From NCBI GenBank assembly GCA_002269645.1, contig NIVC01001988.1:124001-188000 (forward strand): a DNA stretch of 64,000 nt, read 5' to 3'. The stretch's first letter is position 1, and the number at the start of each line of letters is the position of its first letter. Shown in pieces: positions 32,771-45,200 of this stretch. A program made the position numbers and the translations under genes. Source of the stretch: Macrostomum lignano. Taxonomy: Eukaryota. The notes beneath the pieces are model-generated. The model saw only the letters and a program-made list of their open reading frames with translations, was not told where the DNA came from and ran no database searches.

Positions 32771-35519
32771 TCAAGCCGATCGCTTCGAACCTGGCTCGTT
32801 CAACTACACTGTCACCAATAGCAACAGCTCGTACAACATGCAGCGCAGGCTGTGCCAGTATCTGTTCCCATCGGGGGCCTTCGCCGTGTTCGGCTCCACC
32901 AACGCCCTGACGGTGGACGGCATCCAAAACCTGGTCTCGGTGTTCCACGTGCCCTTCGTCACGTCGGGCATTGTGAAGGCCGAGAATCCCAAGGGCCAGG
33001 ACTATATGCTCAACCTGCGGCCGCGCCACGTCATGGCAATCATCGACACTCTGGATCTCTACAAGTGGTCCAATTTTGCTTACCTGGTCAACAGCCACGA
33101 AGGTTTGCACCGCTTCCAGGAGATCCTTCGCGAGTACCAGCGGCGCCACGTCTACAGAGACGTGAATGTACAAATCATTTACCTGTCGGATACGCGCTTC
33201 GTCTACCCGGACCTGGCCAGGCTGGACAGCCTGCTCAAGGCCGAAGATCGCAAGCACGTCGTCATCGATCTTGACCCGCCTGAGGCTGTGTCGAATTTCC
33301 TGTACCAGATCCACGAGATGGGCATGAACCGCAGGGAGTATCACTACTTGATTAGCGGCATCTCGGCTCTGGACATCGAGACCGAAGGCATGCACTATAG
33401 CGGAGTCAATGTCACTGGCTTCCAGCTGGTGAATGAGAGCCAGGTCAATGTGAAATCCTTAAAGCAGAAATGGCTACAGCTGTGTCAGCAGAAGCGCTGG
33501 GACTGCAGCAGGGGCGGGAACAGCCTGCCACTATACGAGGTCGCACTTCTCATGGATGGCGTCGAGACCTTCGCCAGGGCCATCGACAGTCTGCTGTCGC
33601 GGCCCGATACTCGCAGACAAATCGAAGCCGCACTGAAGCAGCCCGCCTCGAGTAGAGTAGACTGTCTCCAGAAAGTGTACCAGTCGCGGTCCAAGCTGCT
33701 GAACCCGCGGGTGTACGCCTACCAGTACCTCGGTCCCTCCGTGCCAATCCGCACGTCCAAAATCGGGGAGCTGCTAATGCGCGAAATGTCGGCGATCAGC
33801 TTCCCCGGCTACAGCGGCCAGGTGACCTTCGACGAGAACGGCTTCCGTTCCAACTTCTCCATTCAGCTGATGGAGCTGGAGGGGACAAAGTCGTTCCAGC
33901 CGGCGGGCGGCTGGCACACCAACTTGGGACTTCAGCGGCAGCTCATCAGCTCTGGAAATGCTTCTACCGCGGCTGCGAACTTCACTAAAGTTATTCGCGT
34001 CGTCACGATCAAATCCGAGCCGTTCATCCAGCCCAGGGAAACCAAGCCCAACGAGCCCGAGCCGGTGGGCAACGACCGGTTTGAAGGCTTCTGCATCGAA
34101 ATGTTTAAGAAGATGGCCGAGAGACTTGGCATCCAGTACAGGATTCACTTTGTTCGCGACAACCAGTACGGCAGGATTGACAAGAAGGGCGAGTGGAATG
34201 GAATGATTGGCGAGCTGCTGAGGAACGAGGCGGACATCGCTCTGGCGCCTCTCACCATCACAACAGAGCGAGCTGAGTTCGTGGACTTCACCGAGCCGTT
34301 TCTTACTTTCGGTATCTCCATCATGATTAAGAAGCCAAAGAAGGAGAAGCCGGGTACGTTCAGCTTCCTGCGGCCCTTGTCACCGGAGGTGTGGAGCTAC
34401 ATCTTGACAGGCTGCCTGGGCGTGAGCCTCGGCCTGTACCTCTGCTCCCGCATCAGCCCGCTCGAGTGGCAGGTCGAATTCGAAAACGAGTTGCCACCGG
34501 TGCACAAAGTGACGCGCGACTTCACCGTGAGCAACTCTTTCTGGTTCTCCTTCGCCGCGGTTGTCAATCAAGGCATCGACCTGTCGCCGCGTAGTTCGGG
34601 GACTCGCGTGGTGGCCAGCGCCTGGTGGTTCTTCACGCTCATCATGATTGCGTACTACACAGCCACCCTAGCTGCCTTCCTCACCGTTGAGCTGCTCAGA
34701 ACCCCCATTGACAGCTGGGAGGACCTTGCCGAGTCCAAGGAGATCCTGTACGGCACGCTGAACTCCGGATCAACTAAGGCATTCTTTCTCACTACAAAGC
34801 TGCCTCCGTTTGACCTCATCGGAATCAACATGCAGAAGAATGAGAAGAAGGGCCTCGGCGTCTACGTGAACACTAGCGAGGACGGCATCCGCAAGGTGCG
34901 CGAGTCCAAAGGCCGCTATGCCTTCCTGCTGGAGTCAAAGACCAACGAGTTTCATAACAACCGCGATCCCTGCGACACCATGATGGTTGGACAGCCGTTC
35001 GGCGACAAGGGCTACGCCATCGCGACGCCAAAAAAATCGCCTTTCCACGAGAAACTTAACGATGCCGTGCTGCAGCTGCGAGAGGCCCAGGTGCTCGCCC
35101 AGCTCTACAAGAAGTGGTGGATCGAGAAAGGCCAGTGCATCAGCGACGACTCCGGAGGCGGCGGCCTGTCCGCCCTGACGGTGGTGAACGTGGCCGGCGT
35201 GTTTTACATCCTGGTGGCGGGCTTGGGCATCGCGCTGGCCATCGCTTTGGTCGAGTTCTACTTCACCAACAGACGGGAGGCGGCAAAGGCCCGCCTGGAC
35301 GACTCGGTGGTGACCGCGGCGGCCCGCGCTCGTCTGCTGGACACTTCGTCCGAAGGCGGCGGACTCGAACCCGCCGTCGCCAGTACGAAGGTCGGCAGTT
35401 GCCGCTGCCACCGTCACCGCCGCCTGCCAGCGTCGGAGCAACGGAAAAGAGCGGGACGACGACGAAGCGGCGACAGGGCGGCGAGAATTTGCGGGCCCGG
35501 TGCACGTGCACCAGAGTAG
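32628..35519 (+). CDS. Ionotropic glutamate receptor, AMPA/kainate-like; one large exon; true N-terminus (signal peptide) not located
   Basis: ATD (CQYLF..AVFG..FHVPFVT). S1 (FEGFCIEM..YG..W.GMIGEL..APLTITTER..VDFTEPF). M1, pore FWFSFAAVVNQG, M3 YYTATLAAFLT. S2 (GTLNSGST, YAFLLES, GYAIATPK.S, LYKKWW..KGQC), M4. The first ~48 codons are satellite-derived. Confidence 0.95.
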   Translation: MASEKFIEPSSSSHQLGSGPLRLHLRSQSASIPIEPWHLKTPFLASEIQADRFEPGSFNYTVTNSNSSYNMQRRLCQYLFPSGAFAVFGSTNALTVDGIQNLVSVFHVPFVTSGIVKAENPKGQDYMLNLRPRHVMAIIDTLDLYKWSNFAYLVNSHEGLHRFQEILREYQRRHVYRDVNVQIIYLSDTRFVYPDLARLDSLLKAEDRKHVVIDLDPPEAVSNFLYQIHEMGMNRREYHYLISGISALDIETEGMHYSGVNVTGFQLVNESQVNVKSLKQKWLQLCQQKRWDCSRGGNSLPLYEVALLMDGVETFARAIDSLLSRPDTRRQIEAALKQPASSRVDCLQKVYQSRSKLLNPRVYAYQYLGPSVPIRTSKIGELLMREMSAISFPGYSGQVTFDENGFRSNFSIQLMELEGTKSFQPAGGWHTNLGLQRQLISSGNASTAAANFTKVIRVVTIKSEPFIQPRETKPNEPEPVGNDRFEGFCIEMFKKMAERLGIQYRIHFVRDNQYGRIDKKGEWNGMIGELLRNEADIALAPLTITTERAEFVDFTEPFLTFGISIMIKKPKKEKPGTFSFLRPLSPEVWSYILTGCLGVSLGLYLCSRISPLEWQVEFENELPPVHKVTRDFTVSNSFWFSFAAVVNQGIDLSPRSSGTRVVASAWWFFTLIMIAYYTATLAAFLTVELLRTPIDSWEDLAESKEILYGTLNSGSTKAFFLTTKLPPFDLIGINMQKNEKKGLGVYVNTSEDGIRKVRESKGRYAFLLESKTNEFHNNRDPCDTMMVGQPFGDKGYAIATPKKSPFHEKLNDAVLQLREAQVLAQLYKKWWIEKGQCISDDSGGGGLSALTVVNVAGVFYILVAGLGIALAIALVEFYFTNRREAAKARLDDSVVTAAARARLLDTSSEGGGLEPAVASTKVGSCRCHRHRRLPASEQRKRAGRRRSGDRAARICGPGARAPE

Positions 35520-36076
35520 CAGCGGCTACGGGCTGAAGACCTGCGCCTTGTAGCTGCTGCGCCATTTGCTTAAATTTCAAGTTGCTGTGCTAATCGTGAT
35601 CTGAGTTCGCAGCACTGTTGTACCTGGATACCAGCTTATTGCATGCGTTCCGCTTCCTTCTCGTGAAAAAATATCGGGCCACGCATTACGGTTTATCGTT
35701 TCTCGCGAATTGCTGCTAAATGTTGAGAGCTTATTAATCATATTCGAGAACTTTATGAATTTGTCCCGGCCTATCGGGTTTTGTTGTAATACCGTTAAGT
35801 TGCCTGTAGGATGCATTGTATGCATAATTTTTTTATAAACTTTATTTCGCCAATTACCTTGCTTCTGCTTTCGAAACACTAGTTGAATTTTTCTTAACAA
35901 TGTCACTAGTAAATATTTTTAATTACTGTCGCTGACGCTCCTGTTGGAGGCAGATTTCTAAGAATCAGATATATGTACGGGCGTACATGTATTACATTTT
36001 TCGTGTACGAAGCTCGCTATGTACGAGACATTTACCGATACAATTTTCATATAAACTCTACTTTACTGTATGATCT

Positions 36077-36400
36077 TGTAGCAGCCCAGGGGTTATTGCA
36101 TCGGACTCGCGACTTGAAGGAAGGTTGGAGGTTCGATTCCCGATCTCACTGAAACAATTTGTGTCCTTGAGCAATTAGACAATTAACCCCTGCATTGCTT
36201 CAGTTCACCCAGCTGTTAAATGGACACCAGCATTAGCTGGGGTAATTGAGGGTGTGTGGTGACCCCCAGCCCTTGGACTGAACAGCCGTACGCAGCCTTC
36301 AGATGCGCTGCGCAATAGCTGCGGCTGAGCTGTCGGTTGCATATCTGGCCCAATTGGGGTAGTGTAGCTTATTAATTATTATCATTTTATTACTACTATT
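36077..36400 (+). mobile_element. tRNA-derived SINE with CORE-like central domain
   Basis: A-box-like TAGCAGCCCAGGGG, B box GGTTCGATTCCC, then GTGTCCTTGAGCAA..TTAACCCC..CTTCAGTTCACCCAGCTGTTAAATGG, and a (TAT/TAC)n-like tail. A second copy is at 49628-49795. Confidence 0.8.
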
Positions 36401-39400
36401 GAGAAAATATAAGAGGTACACCAAGTTAAGTACAGCTGCAGGTTGTAACAAACAAGTATTTTAATAGTTAGGAACTGATTCGGATTAGAATGTTGCTTGC
36501 ACGTGTAGATTCTCTTGCTCCTGGATCTGGCTCACCAGCATCCTCGTAACACGGATTTCTTTTGCATAAACTATAGGGCCGCGACACGCACAGATCGTGT
36601 GAATTATTTTATTAGAGAGCTGATTATTCGAAATACATTTACCTGCATGTGCAATTGTATACGCAAAAAATTGACCTCTTTATTCTCGTTTGGTGAATGA
36701 AAATCTCGATACTGGATACATCACCTTATATAAAGAAACAGATCCACGCGACGACTCTACATGTAGTTTTTTTGCGGAAGTTTGAAGTTTGCATGACATG
36801 AAGTTTGCGGAGGGGCACTACTAAACAGTACATGTACAGTACTACATGGCAACCGCGCGTTTCCTCATGGCCGCGGAATGGATATCCCTCCAGTTGTTGC
36901 CAAGTCAGAAAGTAGAAATCCTATACTGATTGTCCGCTTGCTTAATGGCCTCGTAAATTTACATTTACAAGCTTACATCTTCAAATTAAGCTGGAGTTAA
37001 ATTTCGCTTGATCAAACTTCATCGATTTCAACTAACGACTCAAAATAATTCGTTTTTCGAGCGCTGCAATTATAATGTCCGAGCCCTGGAGAGAATGGGC
37101 CGAATGCACGCGATATCTAAAATATTTACACAGTAAATACGATCGAGACCCAGCGTTTTTGCACATTCAGCCGCATCATTATTATAAACTTGCCCTATAG
37201 CTGCGGATCAAAGCTGTACATGTAAATCAGCAACGCAATTGTTGATTGCACCGTTCTTCATATCGTGGAAGACCTAAAAGCTAAAATTGTCTGTCGTTTT
37301 GACAAGCTCGCATCGATCGGATCATAAGCTCAAAAACTTCATATCGTCAAAGGTGTAAACGTACATGTACAGTGCATGCACTGCTTATCACTTTTTTATA
37401 GTTCAGAATCGAAATTTACACGTATACGCACTAAATTTTATGTCGTCCAAATTTTATAATATTGTCTGCATTACATATAAACACGTAGAGTACGCTCGAA
37501 AAATTACGCGATGTCTCATTGCTCGTTACTTTTGCACTAAACTGACTCTTATAGAGCGAAAATTCATCATATGCTTGAAATTCCGTATCGTGGAATTTGC
37601 GATAGTTATGAGCGAGCAGCAGCAGAAATGTGTAAACTGCACGGAAGTGTGCACAGAAGTGTTGCCTGAGTTGTACACGGAATTCTCGCTCGTTTATAGA
37701 GTCTGTCATTCAGAAAGCTACAAATAAGTGGTTTTTGGCAACATATATATGATCGAAATGTGGGAATTTTTTGCATTCGATGGCATAAAAGATTATGAAA
37801 CAGAAACACTACCATTGTAAATTGTCCAAGCGAATTTTTTGACAAATTACTTTCAATACTACTTCCTTCTGAGCCCTGAGCAACCACAGAATTTTTGTAA
37901 AGATACAGCTACATATTCTTCTTCTTCTATAGCTACATAAATTACTTCTGCTTCAGGTTAGGTTAGATAAGCATATGGCCACGGCTTTTGAGCAGAATTC
38001 TTTGGCTGAATTTTTCAACCAAAAAATCAGATGGGAAGACCATTTTTAGTATATGGATATCTTGATTCTATTCATAAATTCTGAGATTCAGGCTTTGGGA
38101 AATAAATTTCCATCTTTGCAGAATTGGAAATAACGAATTTTTACGGATTTTACAATTTACGAATCGGGTCGATCGAATTTTTAAACATATCGATATTTTA
38201 CTTTTCTATCCTGGATGATGCAACTGGATTGACAGATAATGATGATTTTTAGTTAGCTAGGGACTGGGCTAGGGGTGGGCTAAGTTTGCTTATGTTACCC
38301 GAATTTGGTCAGTGCTTTGCTACTACTAACTAAGCCTTCTAGTCGTTTTTATGTAATAAACACCAAACAGGGCCTTTGACTTTTACTATGGACAACATAA
38401 CTTGAATTTTAAATTAGACCTTTTCGTTACCGCAGATATCTTTTTTAAAGCAATTTAATTAAAGCAATTAATTATAAATCTAAAAATAAAATGCTAAGAA
38501 TATTTCTTTTAGTCTAGCCTATTTATTTGACTTTTCATTGATATCTAGCTTTCTAGCAAATACAATCTTTTTGGCTAGGCCTATGTAATAATATATATTA
38601 TCAACCATTACAATGATATGCTTGTCTCTCTTACTATGTGTTTTAGACTTAGTCCTTGTTTTTAAGTATTTTACTAGGGCCTACCTATTGATTCCATAGA
38701 CCTAGGTCTATTATAGACCTGGTCTTTTATAAAGATGATAATTATTTATACGAAAAGCAAGTGCTATAAATAGCTAATATTTGTCTTTGAAGATGATAGA
38801 CTATTTTACAAGTTAATAGTCTAGTTTAATAGTAAACTAGTAAACTAACAAGTAGGTAAATATAAAAGTCTAATATAAATACTCCTAACTCCTTTTTTCT
38901 TCTGGGATAGCCCTGTAACCAATTCAAGCACTCTAATTTTTTTAAAGCTAGGCCTAAGCACTAGGCACTACTTAAAATCTAAGCACTTTTGGCTTTGCTT
39001 TCTATTAAAATTGCTAAGTTTAATTATAACCTAAATATAACATTTGATAAAATATACTTATTAAATGATCTTTACCTAAAAGACTAACTATCAAAGCCAT
39101 TTTAAACTTTGTTCTTAGTGTCGCAAGGATGCTTCCTTCTTAATAATATCCCACCGCTGCCACCAAAAGCTGTCCCAGGGCTCTTATTTATTCTTTTGTT
39201 TAGCCTTATTAGCTGCCACCAAGTTGTCACAGGGGTGTCTCCTTTTACTGAAATTGTCAAAAGGCTAAACTTCCTACACTAATCTTTAAGTTGGTAGCTG
39301 CCACCAGGATTATCCTATTAATAAATTATGAGTTTATCAATCTTAGAATAATCCGAGAAATGTTTCTTAGAATTGATCTGAGTATATATCTTAGTATTTA

Positions 39401-40346
39401 GTCTGAGTATTTAGTCTGAGTATTATTCTTAGAAAACTATTAGCCCTTAAAGATTTTATTCCTCTGTTATTCTGGTAGCGTTCTATTTAATAATTTGGCC
39501 TGAGCGGTATTTTGGCTTACTGGTATATGTATTTCATGTACTTTGCAAGTCTTTGGGCATTACTGAGATCAGAGGGTCACAGCCTCTGGTTATTCTTACA
39601 CAAATCACTTCAGATCTACTTCGTATTTTCTTACTACTCAATGCTGCTGCTTATCAGTAGTATATACTGTATACGCTTCAGTCTACTTCACTCTTACTTC
39701 TTAAAAAGAATCAACACAGAAAACACCTCTTCAATTAGATTTTCTCGGAACTCTTATTATTAGCTATCAACTGTTTTATTATTGAACCGCGATGCGCGAG
39801 GTTGGTTCTTCCTCTGCCAAATTCGCTTCTATTTATACCATTTTTACTTGTAGATTAAAACAAAAATTAATTCATGAAAATAATATGAAAAATAGAAGTA
39901 TTAAAACAAAAAGAAATTGCATCTTAGTTTTGGCATAAATTTGAGTTTAACTATTTGGTAACTATTTTAAAGCAAATCGGGAAGGGCCTTTACAACCTGC
40001 CTCCCCTAAATAAAAAATTTTAAACAAGGTTACTACTATTAGTAAGCGAGTGCAAAATTTTTGATCTGATGCAAGAGAAGGTGCAATAAAACAACTAAAC
40101 AGTGAATAAAGAATTGAACTATGGAGTTATCACGATACATGAATACTAGGCACAAAACTATGTAAAAGAAAAATAAAGCACTATGTACAGCACAAAAAGA
40201 AGTAGGCAAAGAATAAAACGCTAAATCATGTATAGACACTAAGTGAATAAAGCAGAAAGAAAACTAGTAAACTATTAGAGAACAACATAGAAAAATACAA
40301 CAGAGATGACTAAAAGCATGTCAGTAACATAATGAAAAAGGCCTGC

Positions 40347-41405
40347 TTAGAACTTGCAAGGGTTCGGGAGATCGCGAAAATAGGGCCATCCTAGGAGGCC
40401 AAAAATCCAACGAAACTCAATGTTTAGTAGGCGTCGCTGAGTTACCTGCGAGTCAGCCCTCATAACGCGCTGGAGCTCTTCGGCGATGTGCTGGAGAAGC
40501 GCCACTGCCTCAGTCGATGAGAAAGTTCGCGCAGTGCTCTGATGGCGGCCCAAGCCTGCGAACGTTGCGGCAGAGCTTGATCCAGACGCAGGTGGCCGAT
40601 GCGCTGCAAGTATTGCATCAGGCCGAAGCGAACCCTCTCGACCGGTTCGCCTGTCTCGAGGAGTCACTGAGCCACCTCCTGGTAGCTTCCGGCGAGCTCT
40701 GGTCGTGGCGGTCGTGGTGCAACGGCGGCCTGCTGACGAGGGGCAGCAGCGGCAGCCTGCTGGCAAAGCGCAGCAGCGTCGGCAGCCTGCTGGCGAGGCG
40801 CAGCAGCGGCGGCAGCCTGCTGGCGAGGCGCAGCAGCGGCGGCAGCCTGCTGGCGAGGCGCAGCAGCGGCGGCAGCCTGCTGGCGACTGGCGAGGCGCAG
40901 CAGCGGCGGCAGCCTGCTGGCGTCGCCCTGACGGTGGAGCATTTGCTGGAGGCTGAAGCTGAACCGTCCGACGCTCGGGTGCAGCGCTGCCGGCTGCCGA
41001 TCCTTGACTCGAGGGTGCCGCGTAGACTCGCACAGGGGCAGAGTAGGATGGTAGCCCGCTTCGGCGGTGTCGGGCCATTCACCTGCAGTCGCTGGCTCGA
41101 CGTTGGCGACGGTGGCCTCGGCCGCTTGCTGGAGTCTCCTGGCAGTTTCGGTCGTGTAGAACAACGCAATGGTGCCTCAATCTCCGCTGATGCTGACGGT
41201 CTTTCTCGCGGACTGACGCGCTCGGGGCTGGCGGAGTCGGCGGTCTTGGAGCTGGCGGCGGAGTCGGCGGTCTTGGAGCTGGCGGCGGAGTCGGCGGTCT
41301 TGGAGCTGGGGCTGGCTGTCTTGGAGCTTCGTCTCCTGATAAGTCGCTATCCGACAGGGCTCCGCCCAGCAATTCTTCTAAGATATTATCTACGTAATTG
41401 CTCAT
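40347..41405 (-). pseudogene. Degenerate Pro/Ala-rich reading frame of unknown origin (host pseudogene or TE ORF relic)
   Basis: ORFs 41079-41405 and 40347-41078 are in the same frame, separated by a single TGA. Internal 27-bp (PPAPRPPTP) and 30-bp (RQQAAAAAAP) coding repeats; further frameshift and stops downstream. No recognisable domain. Confidence 0.4.
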
Positions 41406-41559
41406 AATTCTTACAATGAAATTCCTTACGTTCTAATAGAGAGCTAATTACTGTGAAGTATGGGGTTCTGAGAGCTCTATGGTGTTTCGTATTTATTTGC
41501 GGCCAGCCGAAAAACTGGACCGCATCGTTGTGTTCGCGCTTTCGCTTTCGAAGGGTTTA

Positions 41560-41660
41560 ATGGGGTCACGTGTCCGTCAACTATAGCGGCTCTCTAGCGT
41601 TCGCTTCGCGGGCTCTCATTGGCTCAGAGCAGCGCACCGTTGCTAAGCGTTGCTAGGATT
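41560..41660. promoter_or_regulatory. Possible (bidirectional) promoter
   Basis: CpG-rich island with GTCACGTG E-box (about 41565) and ATTGG/CCAAT box (about 41618), between the divergent minus-strand relic ORF and SETD2-like. Motif-only evidence. Confidence 0.3.
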
Positions 41661-42216
41661 TTTACTGACTTCAGATTTCTTCACACAATTCTCTCATTTC
41701 TACTACTAGTAATGCGCAGTGTTTTTGTATTTTTTTTTTATTTTTTTCAAAATCTTTTTGTAAAAAGATTCATAGCAAACATATTTGTCTGTGACAATTT
41801 TACTTTAATAAAGCGATTTTTTAAACTGAAGAAGGAATTGGTTCTTGAGAAAAAGTTTTTAACTTTAGTTTGGAATTTAGTAAATGGATTGGACAAGAAT
41901 AGAAATGGTAGTCAATTTAGGCTTAGCCTATTTGCATTAGGCCAATTGACATTGAGTTAGCAAAATAAAGAAATAGTACTCTATTATCGCCTTGATTGAT
42001 ATTCTGTTCCACATTATATATAATGCACTATTTTTTCTATTAACTAGTATTCTTGATAACAAGTAAGTAGGTAATTAAACTTTTCAGAGAGCAGCACTTT
42101 GGCCGAGCAGCAGTGTAGTGGCGCGCTAAAGCAAAGGTGGTTTTCTAACCCAGGCGATAGCAAAGGGTTCAGTTTTCCTGCCAACCTTTGTTCTGCAATG
42201 ACTCCATCGCTGCACA

Positions 42217-45200
42217 ATGAGTACCACAGCAACTGATAACAACAATTTAGCAGAAGCAGAGACACAGGAGTTTCCTGCTAAAGCAAAAACTAAGAGCTGC
42301 GAAAGCCTCGACATAAAACAGTCTTTGTCGCAAAGTCCCCCCAAAGTTGTGGACGAGCTGACAGATTCAAAGTCAAAGCAAAGCTGTTTGTCAAAGTCTG
42401 AACTCGAACGGAAGCGCAAAAGCGTATCAAAGCTGGACAAAGGCGACCTGCGTCACCAGATCGACTCGCACAGCAAGCGGCACCGGGCCACTAAAGAGGC
42501 AATAGCAGACAATGAGGCCTACAGTTCTGCGTCGGAGCGGGGCAGCTCTAAGCCCCGCGTCGATTCTAACAAAGATAAAAGGACAAAAAAGAAAAATCGT
42601 CACAAAAAATCATCAGCAACTCGAGAGACGGTAGATAAGGAGGATAAAAAAAGCATCGAGAAGTCGCAAAAAAGTCTGCACAGGCATCGGTCGAAGGCAT
42701 CAAAAATCGAGCGGCAATCGCGACCCCTTGAGTCAAAATCTAGGTCAAGGTCGCCCTCCAAGCGAAGATCTTTTTCAAAGCCGATGGCCAAACCGCCAGA
42801 TTCTCCAAGTCGGTTAAAGTCGGGGTACGGGTCGAAGTCAAGACAACAAGCGCGGCCAGAATCTAAGTCAAAGCATAGACAAAGAGAGAGGTCAAGGTCC
42901 AAATCTAAGCGCCAGTGTAGGTCAAGGTCAAAGTCTGAATCTTCGCGTCGATTAAGAAGGTCAAGGTCATTGTCCAAATCACACCAGCGATTGAGGTCAA
43001 GGTCGCGTTCGGGGCCCAGATTCCGGCCGCCGGTGCAGAGGCGCCGATCCAAGTCAACATCCCGACGACAGCATCAAGCAAGGCGGCGGTCGATGTCCAG
43101 AAGAAGGTCAAGGTCAAGACGGCGCTCTCGACCCCGATCGCCTTCAAGGTCAAGGTCGCGATCCAGGCCAAGGTATTCTCGACTGAGACAGAAATCTGAA
43201 TCGTCCGGCAACAATTGGCGCAATCGTCATGCCAGATCGCCGCCCAGATCAGCTGCCAGAAAGTCTCGAGACCGCTCATCGTCTTTGTCCTCAACAGGTT
43301 CCTCGTCTTCTGACGGCGGTTCCTCTTCATCGTCAGCTGATGTGAAGCCAATAGTGACTTCGCGTCCGCCGCCTCCGCCTGTCAGCGATGGCTTGACGGT
43401 TGCATTTCCCTCGCACGTCGGCTTGTACCCGGCCGCCAGCTACTATATGCAGCAGCCACCCCTTGGCTACTACCATGGTCAGCAGTACGCCTACGACCCT
43501 ATGCAGGCTTATCAGCAGCAGGCGGCTTATTCCGCAAACCCTGCAGTTTATCAGAACGGCTACCAGACGGCAGTGGATCCCAATTACTTCCCCGGCTATA
43601 GCGCCGCAGCTTACATGTACGCGCAACCGCAGGCTGTGCAAGAAGATCCTACTCAGTACGCAGCTCCGCTGGACCCTGCATTTACAGCTAATGGACAAGT
43701 CGATGAGACTTCAGTACCGCCGCCCCCTCCTCCACCGCCACCGCCGCCTCCGCCGCCTGAAGACGCCGAGAAGCCGAAGCCTGCAGCGGCCGCCACCGCC
43801 GACGAGGCGCCGCCGCAGATTGACGGCCAGTTGTCGCGATATCGCGAATTCTTCGCCAAGCAGTTCGGCAATTCGTCAGCTGGATGCGGCGCTGGCGCCG
43901 GCGGCGACCTTCAGCAGGAAGCCACCACCAACGGGAAGGTCGCGCCGTCGTTAGGCCGCGCCCTGAAGCCGCACTCGACTTTCGCCTACTTTCTAGAGAA
44001 GTTTCAACCAGTGTCCACCGAGGCTGATCAGACATCCGACGCTACTCCAGGGCCTCCTGCAGTCGACAGTCAGGAGTCCTTGAAGCCGGAGACGGTTAGA
44101 AATAGCGGCAAATCCAGTCCACCGAAGCCGGAGGAGCCGCAGCCGTCCACTGCCAAAGCGGACGTCTCGAACGATGTTGCTCCCAGCTTCCCCGGCTGCG
44201 AGCCGGGCGGGCCGCCGCCGCCAAAGTACGAGCACATTGACTCCAACGTGTACCTGCGCAGCCAGCCCAAACTGGCCTTCCGGGCCTGGCTGTGCGACTG
44301 CACGCTGCCCAGCGAGGAAGGGCAGCTGAACAAAGACTACAAAGCCTGCACAGACGAGTGCATGAACCGGCTGCTGCAGATCGAATGCACGGACCGGTGC
44401 AACTGCGGCGCCTACTGCACCAACAATCAGTTCGCCAACAGGCGCTATGCTCCGCTCACTCCGTTCTACGCCGGCCCGGCCAAAGGCTGGGGCCTCAAAA
44501 CCACCGCCGAAGTCCCGGCCGGCGCCTTTCTCATCGAATACGTCGGCGAGGTGATCGACTTCGCCCAGTTCAAGCGGCGCATCATAGCCTACGAGAAGAG
44601 CGGCTGCCCGCATCACTACTTCATGTCGCTGGAGTCAGACGTTATCGTTGACGCCGGCGCCAAGGGCAACTGGGCCCGATTCGCCAATCACAGCTGCTCG
44701 CCGAACTCCGACATCCAGAAGTGGACAGTTGGCCGGCAGCAGCGGGTTGGCTTCTTCGCACTGCGCGACATTCCCGCAGGCGAGGAGGTCACCGTTGACT
44801 ACGGCTTCGTGCAGTACGGCCGAGAGCTGCAGAAGTGCTACTGCAACAGTCCGAACTGCACAGGCGTGATGGGCAGCCGCAGTCAGCAGCTGCAGGACCG
44901 CGTGCAGGCGAGGGACTCCTCCGCCCGCGACCGCCAGGTGGCCCGGCTACTCCGGCTGGACCGGCTGGGTTCGCCTGATGACGCTCGGTGTCTGGTGCGG
45001 CTGCTTGTTCAGGTGAGACAGACGAGTGAAGCTTATGAGGCGCTTAGTGTAGCTTATTGTGAGGCGCTTAATGTAGCTTATTGTGAGGCGCTTAGTATAG
45101 CTTATTGTGAGGCGATTAGTGTAGCTTATGAGCGCTTAGTGTAGCTTATGAGGCGCTTAGTGTAGCTAATTGTGAGGCGCTTAATGTAGCTTATTGTGAG

